A stretch of DNA of 64,000 nt from Mobula hypostoma (Eukaryota), in contig NC_086109.1 of NCBI RefSeq assembly GCF_963921235.1, positions 27,220,001-27,284,000 of the forward strand. Reading direction: 5' to 3'. Both the position numbers and the translations under genes were made by a program. Position 1 is the stretch's first letter; each line of letters starts with the position of its first letter. This document shows positions 12,180 to 26,580 of this stretch, one piece after another. The notes beneath the pieces are model-generated. The model made no database searches. It saw nothing but the letters and a program-made list of their open reading frames with translations, and was not told the DNA's origin.

Positions 12180-13630
12180 CAGATCAAAGTTCTAAGTAAA
12201 TTGTTATCAAAGTACATATATGTCACCATATGGAACCACGAGATTTCTTGTGGGCAATCACAATAATTCCAGGAAACACGATAGAATCAATGAAAGACCA
12301 TGCTCAACAAGATGGACATAAAACCAATGTGCAAAAGACAACAAATTGTGCAAATACAAAGGAAAAAAAAACAATAAATATCAAGAACATGGATGCTATA
12401 GAGAGAGTGCAGAGGAGATTTACAAGGATGCTGCCTGGATTGGAGAGCGTGCCTTATGAGAATAGGTTGCGTGAACTTGGCCTTTTCTCCTCGCTGAGAT
12501 AATGAGAGGCACTGATTGTGTGGATACCAGAGGCTTTTTCCCAGGGTTGAAATGGCCAACATGAGGGGGCCATAGTTTTAAGATGCTTGGAAGCAGGTAC
12601 AAAGAGGATGTCAGAGGTAAATTTTTCACACAGAGAGTGGTGGGTGTGTGGAATGCACTGCCAGTGAAGGTGGTAGAGGCTTTTCCAATGGGGTCTTTTA
12701 AGAGACTCTTAGGTAGGTACATGGAGCTTTGAAAGATAGAGGATATTGCAGTAGGGAAATTCTAGGCAGTTACTAGAGAAGGTTATAAGGTTGGCACAAC
12801 ATTGTGGGCTGAAGGGTCTGTAATGTGCTGTAGATTTCTATGTTCTATGCTCTAACATGAGATAAGAGTCCTTGAAAGTGAGTACATAAGTTTTGAAAAC
12901 AGTTCACTGATGGGTGATTGAAGTTAACCCCTCTAGGTCAAGAGCCTGATGGTTGAGGGGTGATAACTGTTCCTGAACATGGTGGTGTGAGTCCTGAGGG
13001 TCCTGTTCCTTCTTCTTGATTGTAGTAGCAAGAAGGGAGCGTCGCCTGGACGGTAGTGGTCCTCGATGATGGAAGTTAAGTTTCCTGCAACAGTGTGTAG
13101 ATTTGCTCAGTGGTGGGAGGCCTTTACCGATGATGGATTTGGCTGTACTCACTGGTTCTTGAAGAATTTTCCATTCAAGAGCAATGGTGTTTCCATACTA
13201 GGCTGCGATGCAAACAGTCAACATACAGCTCCACCACACATCTATAGAAGTTTATCAAAGTTTTAGATGTCATGCTGAATCTTTGCAAAACTCTAAAGAA
13301 GAGACCCTGCCATGCTTTCTTCATAATGACATTTATATGCTGGACCTAGGATAGTTACTCTGAAATGATAATACTGAGGAATTTAAAGTTGCTGACCCTC
13401 TCCACCTCTGATCCTCCAATGAGGACTCGCGGACCTCCAGTTTCCTCCTCCTGAAGTCAATAATTAGCTCCTTGGTCTTGCTGACAATGAGTGAGAGGTT
13501 ATTACTATTGTGGCTCCACTCGGTCTCCCTCCTATCTGTTGATTTATCACCGCATTTGATTTGGCCAATGATAGTAATGTCGTCAGTAAACTTAAATATG
13601 GCTTTGGAGGTGTACTTAGTCTCGCAAGCT
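12180..13630 (-). mobile_element. Rex1/Babar-type LINE 3' part, split by a CR1 fragment
   Basis: Minus strand IFKFTDDITIIGQI and VSKTKELIIDFRRR; tail at 12180; similar to 15840-17345. Confidence 0.8.
12390..12853 (+). mobile_element. CR1 3' fragment
   Basis: DAIERVQRRFTRMLPGLE; tail TTCTATGTTCTATG; AACATG on both flanks (candidate TSD). Confidence 0.88.
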
Positions 13631-13699
13631 TGTAGAACAGCATTTAGGGCTGACAGTCAATGTATTGGATCCTTCCTCTCGTATAACCACAGAAATGTG

Positions 13700-16600
13700 G
13701 CAAGATGGCGCTGGTCAGCCATGGCGACGTTCTGTGGGCTATGTACAGTACTTCTAAGTATACCTCTTTTGAACTATTCTCACTGCAACCTGCAGCATAA
13801 AATTCCCCTGTAAGCAATGTACTTTTAAATCAACTTAATGATCTACAGATTACATGATCTTCTGAAGGACTTGACAGACTAAGCAGGTACCTCACCTTCA
13901 AGTGGATAAAAGCTCATTACCATGGCCAGAAGCCAGACAAGACGGGGGAGCTCCATGCCAGGCTGAAACACAGAGGGATGGGGGCCCCATCTACGCAGCA
14001 CCTAACTGGCAAATGTACAGCTGACAAAGAATAAAATTAAGGACCTGAGTGCAAGATTGCTGTATCGGAGGGAAATGAGAGATTGTTGTGTTCTGTGTCT
14101 GAGTGAGACATGGCCTTCTCCTAGCATGCCAGATACATCAGTCAAACTGCAAAGCTTCTGGATTTACTGAATGGACCGAACTGCTGATTTGGAAAAGGCA
14201 AAAGGTGCAGGTGTGAGTTCATGATAAACTCTCGGCAGTGCTTCAATGTGGCGGTATTATCAAACTCGTTTTCCCCTGACCTTGAACAACTAATGGTCAA
14301 ATTCTATCTATTCCATTTACTTATGAGTCCTCCTCCATAATCCCGACTGCAGTTTACATAGCACCAGTGGTCGACTATAATCAAGCATTTGAAATACCGT
14401 CTGATGCCATCTCCAACAAGGAACAGTCCATCGTGATGTATTTCAAATCATAATTGGGCTTATTTAAAGAAAATCCTGATCAAATACCATCAGCTTATAA
14501 CCTGGAGGACCAGAGGTCCCAATACACTAGACCAACTAAGATATGGAATGCCTACTGTTATATGCCCAGATAGCATTTTGAAAAAGATGATTTGACTGTC
14601 CTACCTGCATACAGGCAGAGGCTAAAGAGCAAAGCTCCAGAGATTAGGACAACAAAGAGGTGGCTGTGAGAGGCAGAGGAGTGGCTACAGGATTACTTCG
14701 AGTTGGTGAGCTGAGCCATGTTCAAGAACTCATCTGTGGATCTGAATGAATACACCATGGTTGTCACGAACCTTATTAAAATAGTTGTAGATGAGTGTGT
14801 CATCACAAAATCATTCAGAATCTTTTCCAACCAGAAGCCCTGGATGAACCATGAGATCTGCAATCTGCTGAGGGCCAGGCTAGACACATTCAAGTCTGGA
14901 GACCAAGAAAGTTACAAAAGTTTCAGGCAAGATCTCTGGAAAGCCATTTCAAGGGCAAAGTGGCAAATCTGGACTAAACTTGAATCAATGAATGATGCTC
15001 AACAGTTGTGGCAGGGCTTAAGTATTATCACCCCTGATAAAGTTCACTCAAGCGACATAGGCGACAACAGAGCTTCAGTTCTAGATTAACTCAATGCCTT
15101 CTAAGCTCACTTTGACCGTCAAAACATGAAGAAAACAACACAAACTTGTGCAGGTCCCGATCATCCTGTGATTTCAGTCTCTGAAGCAAACATGCAAGCA
15201 GCCTTCAGGAGGATGACGCACAAAAACCATTCGGCCCAGACAGCGTACCTGGCCAGGGACTGAAAACCTGTGCTGATCAAATGGCTAGAGTGTTCATGGA
15301 GATCTTTAACTTCTTGATTTGGCAGTCTGAGGTACTCACCTGCTTTAAGCTGGCTTCGATTATACCAGTGCCTAAGAAGAACATGGTAACTTGCCTCAAC
15401 GACTATCATTCAGCAGCACTTACATCCACAGTGAAGTGTTTCGAGAGCTTGGTGATGAAACCTATCAATTCCAGCTTGAGAAGTGACTCGGTTCCATTCT
15501 AATTTGCAGACTGGAGCAACATGTCCACAGCAGATGCTATCTCAATGACTCTTCACTCAACCCTGGAACATCTGGACAGCTAAGATGCATACATCAGGAT
15601 GCTCTTTATTGACTGCACCTCAACATTCGATACCATTATCCCTTCAAAAGTAATCAATAAGCTTTAAGACCTTGGCCTCAGTACCTCCTTGTGCAATTTG
15701 ATCTTCAGTTTGCTCACTCGCAAACACCAGTCAGTTTGGATTGGCAACAATATCTCCTCCACAGTATCCATTAGAACACGTGCACCACAAGTCTGTCTGC
15801 TTAACCCCACTCTACTTGCTTTAAACTCATAACTGTATGGCTAAGCACAGCTACAATACCATATTCAAATTTGCTAATGACACCACTATCATAGGCCAAA
15901 TCAAAGGTGGTGATAAAACAGAGTTTAGGAAGGAGATTGAAAATCTGGCTGGGTGGGGCCATAACAATGTCACCAAGACCAAGGAGCTGATTATTGACTT
16001 CAGAAGAAGGAAACCAGAGATCCATGAGCCAGTTTTCATTAGGGGATCAGAGATGGAGAGGCTCAGCAACTTTAAATTACTCGGTGTTATTATTTTTGAG
16101 GACCTGTCCTGGGCCCAGCACGAAGAAAGCATGGCAAATGCCTCTACTTCAAAAGGTCCAAAAGTTCAAATCTTCATTTATTGTCAAAACATGTATCCAC
16201 ATGTAGCTCTGAAATTTGTCTCTCCGGATAGCCATGAAGTGACGAAAGTACATGAAAGTCGTTCAGAGAGGATCATCAAACCCAGCCCCCACTCTGCACA
16301 AAAAAGAACAGCATCCCGATCATGAATTCCCCCAAACCACCCCCCCCCCCGCACAGAAGTAGAACAGGAACATCCCGAAAAAACAACCCCTCCCCTGCTC
16401 AAAGAAACAAACAGAACATCAATCCCTAAACACTCTCCCCTCGCACAACAAAACAGAAGAGGAACAGGTGATAAAAAACAGAGTATAAAAACCGTAAGTC
16501 TGAACAAGTGTACGGTCCATAAATGGAATAGTCCAATCCATAAACGCAGAGCCACAATACCATCCTATGATATCACCAACATTCTTCAAAAGCAAGGGTC

Positions 16601-17347
16601 ACCACATGAGCACAGACAGGGCTACCTGCCTGCCACAGTGAGCCACACAGTGATAGGAGTTTGGGAAGATTCGGCATGACATCTAAAACTTCAACAAGTT
16701 TCTATAGATGTGTAGTGGAGAGTATATCGACTGACTGCATCACAGCCTGGCATGGAAACACCAATGCCCTCGAACAGAAAATCTTACAAAAAGTACTGGA
16801 TACGGCCCAGTCCATCATCGGTAAAGCCCTCCCCACTATTGAGCACACATACACAAAACATTGTTGCAGGAAAGCAGCATCCATCATCAAGGGCCCCATC
16901 AACCAGGATGTGCTCACTTCTCACTGCTGTCATCTGGAAGACGGTACGAAAGTCTCAGGACTCACACCATCAAGTCCAGGAACAGTTATTACCCCTCAAC
17001 CATCAGGCTCTTGAACCAAAGGGGATAATTTCACCTAACTTCACTTGTCCCATCACAGAAATGTCCCTGCAACCTATGGGCTCACTTTCAAGGACTCTTC
17101 ATCTCATGTTCTCGATACCTCATTGCTTGTTTATTTATTATTATTATTTTTGTCTTTTTGTATTTGCATGGTTTGTTGTCTTTTGCACACTGGTTGAATG
17201 CCCTAGTGGTCTTTAATTGGTTCTGTTATAGTCATTATTCCATTACAGCTTTATTGAGTATACTCACAAGAAAATGAATTTCAGGGTTGCATATGGTGAC
17301 ATATGTATGTAATTTGATAATAAATTTACTTTGCACTTTGAACTTGA
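13700..17347 (+). mobile_element. Near full-length Rex1/Babar-type LINE (APE + RT), decayed
   Basis: 5' AAGATGGCG; APE (LANVQ; CCVLCLSETW), NQKPWMN, IIPVPKK..TCLNDY, IFKFANDTTIIG; tail AATAAATTTACTTTGCACTTTGAACTTGA. Confidence 0.88.
16150..16655 (-). repeat. Non-coding LINE-tail/SINE-like insertion in the Rex1 ORF
   Basis: Interrupts RT C-terminus (CCTCTACTTC...AGGAGTTTG); minus-strand AATAAA plus TTGAAC-type tail at the left end. Confidence 0.55.
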
Positions 17348-18699
17348 AGTTTTGAAATCTGCCTTTCTCAGTGACATCATTCACTATGCCTCATGACAAC
17401 ACTTGGTGAAGGGGAAAGAGAGTTTGAGGCAAATTTAACACTCTCTACATCCACAGTGCCAAAACGTCAACTTAAAAATTCAGGACCCCATTTGAACCAC
17501 GGGTGTGATATTGAAAAATTGCAGCTTTTAAGCTAAAGCTTTGTCCGCTAGGCATCGTCTGATCAGAATGACATTTAAAAATGATTTGAAAGGATTTCAA
17601 CATGACATGCACATTTTTCCTTGAAGCATTCCAATTCATTACCTTCAACACTTTGTATTAGCAGTAACTTCTGTATTTTCCACTAGAGAGGCCCAATAGC
17701 CTCAGGAAGATAACGAAGACAAGTTAGAGGCTCATTTTACTTCCTGGCTGTGTAAAGAAGCTGGTGTAATGCTGTTTTGGACCTTTTTGTATAATGGGTA
17801 TAATGCTCTATTTTCAAAAATGAATCTATGTCTGCAGATTCAAATTCAGTAACAAACACTATTTGAGGTTCAACTGCTAGGGCTCTGTTTCATGAAGGTA
17901 AAATGAATAAAGCTAATCATCCTTTGGTGGCTTTTTATTTTGTTAATGCACCTTATTAAAGGGAGGGAGTCAAACTCTTCAAAGTAATGTGTCAGCAGAA
18001 GATTAAGGAAAAAATCTTTGGGGGTTACTTAATTCGTAGAACAGGGAATGAAAGAAATCTTTTCCCAAGGGAACAATAAGCAAAAAGATTAAAGTTAATC
18101 CATTCCTACATTAATAAGCTATTCCCAAGATATATGGAAGATAAGCAGGTCAAGTAGAACACATATTACACTAAATTTCTGCTACTTTTTTTATATAAAC
18201 AAGGTGATAGGGCTCTCAGAACTGTGGAGTTTACCAATAGCATCTTGGTGAGCAACAATCCTCTTCAATGCAAGTTCTTTCTTGCTACTTTCGATGATGC
18301 CATTTATTTTAATATATGGGATCTCTGATGCCATCTGGTATTACATCAAGAAGTCATATTCCATATTGGAGATCGACAGTGAACCTAGACTGGCACTTTG
18401 TGAACACCCAGTCATATCATGCTCTCGCTTAAGAAACATCAAAGGAATTGTTACCCATGCATTGGAGAGAAAAGTACTTCATAAATAGAATTTTTGGCCT
18501 CTGTGAATACTTCAGTAATCTCATGGGTATCAATATGTCTGTTAGTAACAGGGCATATAAATAGTAAATCACATGGATAATCCTCAATAGTTCATCTAAA
18601 AGGCATTCTTGCTCTTTTACTGGATGCTGGTATTAATTCTTTTGTTGCTACCATGTGATTAAAGAAGATACTATCAGTACTGCTTTGCCAACTGTGGAG

Positions 18700-19095
18700 A
18701 TTAGCAAATATGGTGGGGAATCCGATTCAGAGACGGGACAATAAGATCTGTGCTATCCAAATGTAACACAGAGTTTTTATAAGGCATTGATCAGACCACA
18801 GTTGGAGTTTTGTGAGCAGGTTAACTAAGAAAGGGTGTGCTGGCATTGGAGGGAGTTCAGGGAATGTTCATGAGAATGATCCTGGGAATGAAAGGGGAGG
18901 AATGTTTGAAGGGTTAGGGCCTGTCCATGCTGGAGTTTAGAAAATGAGGGAGTAGGATCTCACTGAGGCTAACTCATTGGGTTTAAAGTGGAGATCAATA
19001 AGTTCTTGAATAGTAAGGACATAAAAGATTGCAGGGAGAAGGCAAGAGTATGGGGTTCAGAGGAATAATATATTAGCCATGATGGAATGGTGGAG
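18700..19095 (+). mobile_element. Degraded CR1 3' fragment
   Basis: YKALIRPQLEFCEQ motif; similar to 43650-44250. Confidence 0.7.
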
Positions 19096-19757
19096 TGTTG
19101 TGGATATCCACTGTCTTGGATCAGGGTGCCTTGAATTTTGTCAAACCTCCAACCAATATTCGTTGTTTAGCTTCTGGACATAGACAGGAGCCAGTCTTCA
19201 GTTCTTAATGTAAATGGCAAGCAGTAATCAGATTGAAGTTAAAAAGACAGCTTTGCAAATAAGCACTGTCTATAGAGCGTCAGCACCTGGGCTGAAGAGT
19301 TGCAGTAAAAGACAATGGGGTATGTTAATTGGGCTTGTTTCAAACTAGATAATGCTGGCTGAGGGTTAATTTCAAGGAAATTGATATTAATATTTAGCCT
19401 TTAAATAGCTGTTCATTGTTGGAAGGTTTACATATTCAAGGTGTTAGATTCACAGAATTAATTAATTGTGGATACCAGGGATCTCTCTCTTCAGTTCTCA
19501 GACCACTTGCGTGAAAGGTATCTGAAAAAATATTACGTATGTGTGAAGCCACCCAAGTGGCCGAAAGACAGTATAAATTTAGAGAGCAGTCCAGGCTTTT
19601 TAGGAATGGTCCAGAAACATCAAGAAGAATGACAGAAACACAGTGTGAATTAGAATCCATTCCTCTATTTCGATTACTGCAATGGCTGACTGGTTTGCCT
19701 GTGGTTCATGGCTATATCTTTGAGCTTATAAGAATTGTACCTGTGCTTTGGAAATCT

Positions 19758-20030
19758 TTATTTTATTTATTGAAATACAGCATGGAAAAGACCCTTCTGA
19801 CCCTTTGAGCTGCGTTGCCCAGCAATCCCCCAATTTTAACCCTATCCTAATTACGGGACAATTTACAATAGCCGATTAATCTATCGACTGGTACATCTTT
19901 GTTTTGCGGGAGGACCTGGAGGAAACAAGAGCACCTGGAGGAAACTCACGCAGATACAGGCAGTGGAGGGAACTGAACCCAGGTCGCCTGTACTGTACAG
20001 GGTAGTGCTAATCAGTACGCTATCGTACCA
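19758..20030 (-). mobile_element. tRNA-derived SINE
   Basis: Reverse-complement homolog of 24940-25222: A/B-box head at right, AATAAA tail at left. Confidence 0.75.
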
Positions 20031-22024
20031 TCCAATCCTTTGTGTTTTAGAAATGGTTTATAATTTGCAAGTCTTTTAAAAGATAGAAAATCTTCTATGA
20101 GTTTTAAATGTCTTTTAAGACCGTGCATCACTAAAATTAAATGAACTGTATTTAAATTACTTTGTTAACTGGAAGTATCTCCTCCTTGGTAGGGCAAGAG
20201 GACCCTCTGCTCAAATAGTGGGAATTGGTAGCTAAACTTGCTATGGAAGATAAATAAGGAAGTGAACCAGTTTTTCAACATTGGATAATTACTGTATAAC
20301 CTCCTTTTAGAGAGGGTACCCATAGATATTTATATCGGATGAGGCTTAAAGTCTTTGTTTGAATTTAGAACTTTGCAGTCAGCAAACCAACTACTATCGC
20401 AGGAGCTGACACGATGGGCCAAATGGCCTTATGGTGTGAACTTGATGAACTTGGCCAGTCATCACTAGAAATCAATATAATGTAGTCATTGAATACCACT
20501 CTCAGCATGGTACACAACACTACTGTAGAGGGGTGATTCAATTTTTTTTTGTATGAATGAGGAAGACTAGCATCAAGGATGAATTTCTCTATGAATAAAG
20601 GCAGTTTAAGCATGTGCTTGTCCTTTTTAGTTAATTAGCAGTCAGCCTTGGAGAGTAAACAGGTAAATAAGTAATATGACAAGTAGAAATCGGTAGAGGA
20701 CAAATAATGTAACCTTTCTCACAGACCAATCAGAAGACTTCAATGACTGTTCTATGCCGCAGAGTGCAATTAAAAAAAAACAAGGGAAATGATGGGAATT
20801 AGTCTCATAGCAATAATAGGATAGAGTGGTACAAAACATCTTGTGTTTTCAGCAAATATAGAAGCGATCACTGAGGTGCCTTTGTGAGAAAAACAGAAAT
20901 AGAGACTGTTAGTTTGGTTTTGGTGCATTCATGGCAGGATACATCTTCAGTCCTCAATCTACAGGCCTAGATGGAGATACTGTCCACAATTGTTGTCAAT
21001 AATGACTGATTCTGTGCTAATTTACATCTGATTGGCTCACTGCTGATAGGAGAACATCTGCATCTTAGCTATGATTATGTTTAAAGTTGCCTTGCTCTGT
21101 ACAGCTGGGGAGAATATGTGCATCACCTTCTCCCATTAGCAAGTGCAAGATCGAGTGAAATAAAGGCACTTCAGTTTAATCTAAAGCACAGACAGTCTGA
21201 GGGAGATTCTCTCACCACAACACTGGTAATTATAGTGTGATAATCAAATGGTAGAGTGCTCCTTTCCACATGATTAACATAGATATCTGGGCTGCAGATT
21301 AATGATTTCTCTGTACTGAAGTGGAGGACCTCTGTCAGACAGAATTAAATAATTAAAGACATCTGGAATTTTTTTTTTAATCATCACTCTGATCTAAATT
21401 TCAACTTAAAATTTCAATTCAAACTATTTTACAGATCTCACTATAAAGGTATTTGTTTGTACCACCAAACTGTGTTGAGTGTCATTCTTTAATAATTATC
21501 CAACATAATACCTTGGAGCCCTACATGAAGGATTATTCCTACCGTCTCTTCAAAAAAAGGAACAACAAATATAACTCGGGCTAGCTTTAAGATGGGTTAA
21601 TTTTACTGCAAGTAAGTTATGAATTAACTCAATCATCCAGAAATGAAGTCCAAGTTATTTTAAATCCAGGGCTTCATTTAACTTCAATTCCATCAGTTCC
21701 TGGCCAGAAATCATAGAAAATTGCAATGTTAGAAGGTACTGACATGTGTGAAGGCTGTCTGCTAGAGGCAGGTGTCCATATAATTCCCTCAAATGACCAT
21801 TCCTCATTAAGGAATACAGACATGGAATCCAGGTACCTCCGGATGTATGAAGGATTTATGTTTAGGAAAACATTGCTTTAAACAAAATTTGCTCAAGGAA
21901 GTATTTCCCATTAGTTTCAATGTCAACATTTTGGTTGCGTTCCGCACCTCAAGAGCTTCAATCAAGGATACCTGAACATATAAAACATACCAGTAAAATA
22001 ATCAGAAATAATAACATATGTTAT

Positions 22025-22297
22025 TAAAGATTAGCTTTATTTTGTTACATTGAAAGATACACTGAAATGCATCTTTTGGATCAAATCAAATCAGCAAGTA
22101 TTGTACTGGGCAGCCCACAATTGTGGCCATGCTTCTGGCTCCAACATAGCATACTTACAACTCACTAATCCTAAAAGTACATCTTTGGAGTGTGGGAGGA
22201 AACCAGAGCACCCAGAGGAAACCCACACGGCCACAGAAATCCGGCTGTTCCAGGCAGCAGAAGTGATATAAAGTGATGTGCTAACCATTCTGTTACC
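22025..22297 (-). mobile_element. tRNA-derived SINE
   Basis: Core GTGTGGGAGGAAACCAGAGCACCCAGAGGAAACCCAC shared with the other SINEs. Confidence 0.7.
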
Positions 22298-22359
22298 ATC
22301 ATCATCACTATTATGTGCTGTGCTCTATGACATGGGTGATCATGGTCACATTGCCATGG

Positions 22360-23413
22360 CAGCCCAAGTAAACAATGAATTATTAAAATAAGACTAAGCA
22401 TAAGGGTGAATATCATAGTTACAGGGAATGTAAATATAAAGGCGTACAGATTTTTACTGATGGATCAAAGGATCCAGAAACAGGTGCAACAGGGTCTGCA
22501 ATTGCTGTACCAAGTTATCGAGTGGAAATTAGCAAGAGAACACCTGATTGTTTGAGTGTGTATGTAGTTGAAATGTTTGCCATATTGTTAGCACTAGAAT
22601 GGAGTGAGCAGGTTGATTGTAATAATTTTATGATATGTAGCGATTCTGTAATGGCCCTTGCAAGCATTAAGGCGGGTACAGCTAGAGATCACCAGGATCT
22701 GCTTTATGAAATCCTGTTTGCAAATTCAAGACTGGCTAGACAAGGCAAAAATATCGCATTCATGTGGGTTCCAGCACATTCAGGTATTATGGGAAATGAG
22801 ACCGCAGATAAGCTGGCAAAAGCAGCAACTAAAAAAGGATCTGTAGAGGTCAATATTAAACTATCAAAATCAGAGGGGAAGAGCATAGTGTGGAGAAGGA
22901 TAAATCAACAGTAGCAGCAGCATTAGGATAGAGCAATAAAAGGAAGACATTTACATTCAATTCAGAACAGAGTAGATATGGGAAGAAGTAGGGGAGTAAA
23001 GCGGAAGGAGCAGGTAATTATAAGTAGACTGAGAATTGGGCACAGCAACCTTAACGGCACTTTGGCCATCATAAATAAGCATCCAACAGGTTTTTGCGAT
23101 CTATGTCAGGAAACTGAAACAGTAGAGCATATCCTTATTTCATGCCGGAAATTTGCACAGGAAAGGCAACAAATGTTACAACAATTACGCAAAATAGGAC
23201 TGGTAGAGAACAGTGTTAAAGGTTTATTGGAATGTAGGGAGAGTGATCGGGGAGGAAATGGTTGTTTAGTTACTTAAAGGCAACAGGACTGGAAAGACGG
23301 CTTTAAAGTGAATGGACAATGGAGGACAATAAATCCTGAAGATGGCAGTAATGCAACAATGTGGATGCCAACTGCTGTAAAAACTCAAAGAAGAAGAAGA
23401 AGAAGAAGAAGAA
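22360..23413 (+). mobile_element. I/Nimb-clade LINE 3' end (RNase H + CCHC)
   Basis: IFTDGSKD...EMFAILLAL...ICSDS...WVPAHSGIMGNETADKLAK; ISRLRIGH; CDLCQETETVEHILISC; (GAA)n tail. Confidence 0.9.
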
Positions 23414-24544
23414 AGGAGATCTTCTTTCTCTCCAACTCTTCTGAAATGCTTTTTTGACCACAGAACATTACCCCCTTTATAGGTCAAAGTACCCTTATAC
23501 AACACATCTGCTCTCCAGCAGTTGGAGACCCACCTTTGCTCCCATGATGCCTGCTAGAAATCTCAATATCTCTCTCTCTTTCTTTCACACACACACACCT
23601 CTTGTCATCTATTTTCTCTGCTGATCTTGTGGGAATCCTCAGCCCCCTCAACTAGCTCTTCTCCATCCCTCCCACTCTCAGTTCCTCCATACTCTGGATC
23701 ACCAGCCTCTGCTTGCAACCTCCTCCTCCACCCTCATCACCATCCCCTTTAAGCCCATCTGTCCTAAGTGCTCTCTCTGCCACATCCTCTCTGATCCAAT
23801 CCTCCTACCCTCCTCCAATCTACCCTCCCCTACCTGGTAAAATGAGGAAATAAAGAATAAAGTGTCAACTGTGCTATAGCAACATTTAGAGAATTAATAA
23901 ATCTAGGGGACACCTGTATTAGCATGTCATTTGTGCAGGTGATTAGCCAACTGAGTACAGATCTGAGAATGGATGTACCTCTTGCTCTCGACTTCTATTG
24001 CTATAACCTGTTTGATCATTAAGTATAAGTGACTTCGAAAGGGAAAAAGTCCCTGTCCAGAGCTGACAACCGAAACACGGTGTTACAAGCATCACCTCAC
24101 TGGAACTCCAGTGATTTGATGTTGATCTCTTACTTTTTTTTTTGGGAAGCTTGTAAGGTATTGAGGGCCACGTTCATCTTGCTTTACTAGTTGCCAAGTC
24201 TGGCATTCCTGAAAACATTGGTATGAGAATGCAGTGTAACCAGTGTTTGTTCAGTGGAATGCAAGCAAATGACAACTTTGGACTTCCTGCCACTTGTAGA
24301 TTTTAAGTTTCTTGACATTCTGCTACATCATCCATCATCTTGCCAGAATCCTTGCCACCACTCATCCAGCTTTCCTCTGAAGAGCATCAGGGAGGTGGGG
24401 TGATGAATAGGAAAGGAGACACAAGCCACTGTAGGCAGATCTCATTCATTTGTAATTCCAGTGATCATGACCCACAACACCCATTTATTTATAGTCCATT
24501 CCCTTAGCATCCCCTCTGTCAATCATCGTAACATCCTATACTCA

Positions 24545-24715
24545 TGAGATTCTGCAGATATCTTGAGAAATACAGCAGAGTGCTTGAGGAACTCAGCAAG
24601 TCAGGCAGTATCTGTGGAGGGGAATAAACAGTATGTTTTGGCTTGAAGACTCTTCTCAACAGACCGGCTGAATATTTATTCCATAGTGATGGTCTCCAGC
24701 ACTTTTGTGCGTGGA
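24545..24715. repeat. Degenerate PLE pLTR mini-element
   Basis: GAGGAACTCAGCAAGTCAGGCAGTATCT motif shared with 26080, 36350 and 55100. Confidence 0.6.
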
Positions 24716-24939
24716 TCTTAATATCTGTTTGGCCACAATACAAAAATTAAAGCCTGCATAAAATTACTCCAAATCAATTGAAATCACATCATCTTACATG
24801 TCAACACCAATTAATTATCCTTGCATATTAGTATCATGCCCATTATCAATTTGTCTTTGTTTATCCTTGTGCTCCTTCAGAGAGCTCCCCTAGAAACACT
24901 TCTGAGCATTTGCCTGGTAAGTTTCACAATCATTATTGG

Positions 24940-25222
24940 GACACGGTAGCACAGTGGTTAGCACAATGCTTTACAGTACAGGCGACCTGGGTTCAATTCC
25001 CGTCGCTACCTGTAAGGGGTTTGTACGTTCTCCCCGTGACCGCGTGGGTTTCCTTCGGGTGCTCCGGTTTCCTCTCACAGTCCAAAATCCTACCAGTTGG
25101 TAAGTTAATCTGCACATTGTCATCTGCTTAGAAAAGGATTAAATAAGGGGATTGCTGGGCAGCAAAGGGTTGGAAGGTTCTGTTCCACGTTGCACCCCAA
25201 TAAATAAAGAAACAAATAAAAT
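24940..25222 (+). mobile_element. tRNA-derived SINE
   Basis: A box GGTAGCACAGTGGTTAG, B box GGTTCAATTCC, core GCGTGGGTTTCCTTCGGGTGCTCCGGTTTCC, AATAAA tail. Confidence 0.85.
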
Positions 25223-26079
25223 CCCTAACTTTCCAGCTCCTAGAAACAAAGAAGCCCCAGCATTTGGAGCTGAAGCTTCAGTTCTATTCCATTCAAAATA
25301 TTCATGTACAATCCTCTATATCTCAATGCTCTCTTCCTATACCACTTTCATCCAGAAATTGATCCATCTCCTTCTTAAATATATTCTGTGACTTGGTCTT
25401 CACCAACCTCTGAGAGAATAAACTTCTGCAAATAGTATCCTTCCCCCATCTCCTGATACTGTTATCTCTTGTTCATATCCCTGCTCCCCACACATTCACT
25501 TTGTCTATTTATATCAGGATTTTGTACATTTCAATGTGATCCCTCACATTTTTCTAAACTCCAGGGAACACGGCCCTAGTCAACCCAATCTCACCTTGTA
25601 CGACAGCTCGGTTTTCCCAAACATTAGTCTCCAGTAAGGTCTCCCTGTGCACTGTCTGATATGGAGCTTGCTCTCTCTGCCTCTCTCTCTTCTTCCATGC
25701 TGTGTGCTTGATTACTATTTTCTTGGCCAGGTTCAGGTTCAGAACATCCACCGGCACCTGATCCAATTACAGTTCACCTTCTCTTCAGGAGAAGGTGATC
25801 AGCTTGAAGTGATACAAGCTGTCTTTAACTGGCGGTAGGTATATGAAATTAAGTTTTATGACAACAGATGTAACCAATGAAGCCTGCAGTTGGTATTGGC
25901 TGGGTACCAGAATAATTTCAATGAGTAAGCAGCACAAAGACACCTGCATCACAATTCCCAGGTTCAATTTTGGAGGCCAACAAATGGAATGCCAATGCAT
26001 TTTCCATCTAGTACTGGAAGGAAATTGATGTAAAGATGATTAACTGCGTTTCACTGTATTTTAATCTGGAATAGTCCAG

Positions 26080-26580
26080 CATACACAAAATGTTGGAGGA
26101 ATTCAGTAGGTCAGGCAGCATCTATAAAGGGGAGTTCAGCAGGTCAGGTAGCACCTTCTGTATAAACAGTAGATGTTTCGGGCTCAGACCCTTCACTGAC
26201 TCTGGAAGTGGGGGGGCGGGAAAGCCCGAAGAAGATAGTGGAGGGAGGGGAAGAAATTCAAGCTGGTAGGTGATGGGTGAAACCAGATGAGGGGGAAGAT
26301 GGGTGGGTGGGGGAGGGGTATGAAGTGAGAGCTGGATGGTGACGAGGGAGAAAAGGAAATTGGTGGGAGAGGAGGGTGGACCATGAGAGAAAGTGAAGGA
26401 GGAGGAGCACCAGGAGGTGAAAGGAGGGGTGAGGAGAAGAGACGGTGTAAGAGAGGAACCAAAGTGGTAAATGAGAAAAGAGAAGGGAAAGGGAGAGAAA
26501 TTACTGGAAGATAGAGAAATTGATATTCATGCCTTCAGTTTGGAGGCTACCCAGACAGAATATAAGGTGCTGCTCCTCCA
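26080..26580 (-). mobile_element. Penelope-like element 3' end (GIY-YIG C-terminus + pLTR)
   Basis: Minus strand LEEQHLIFCLGSLQTEGMNINFS; homologous to 34255-34900. Confidence 0.82.

Noticed and set aside
24940..25010. tRNA genes (also 40222, 60230)
   Set aside because: SINE heads continuing into the shared core and tail.
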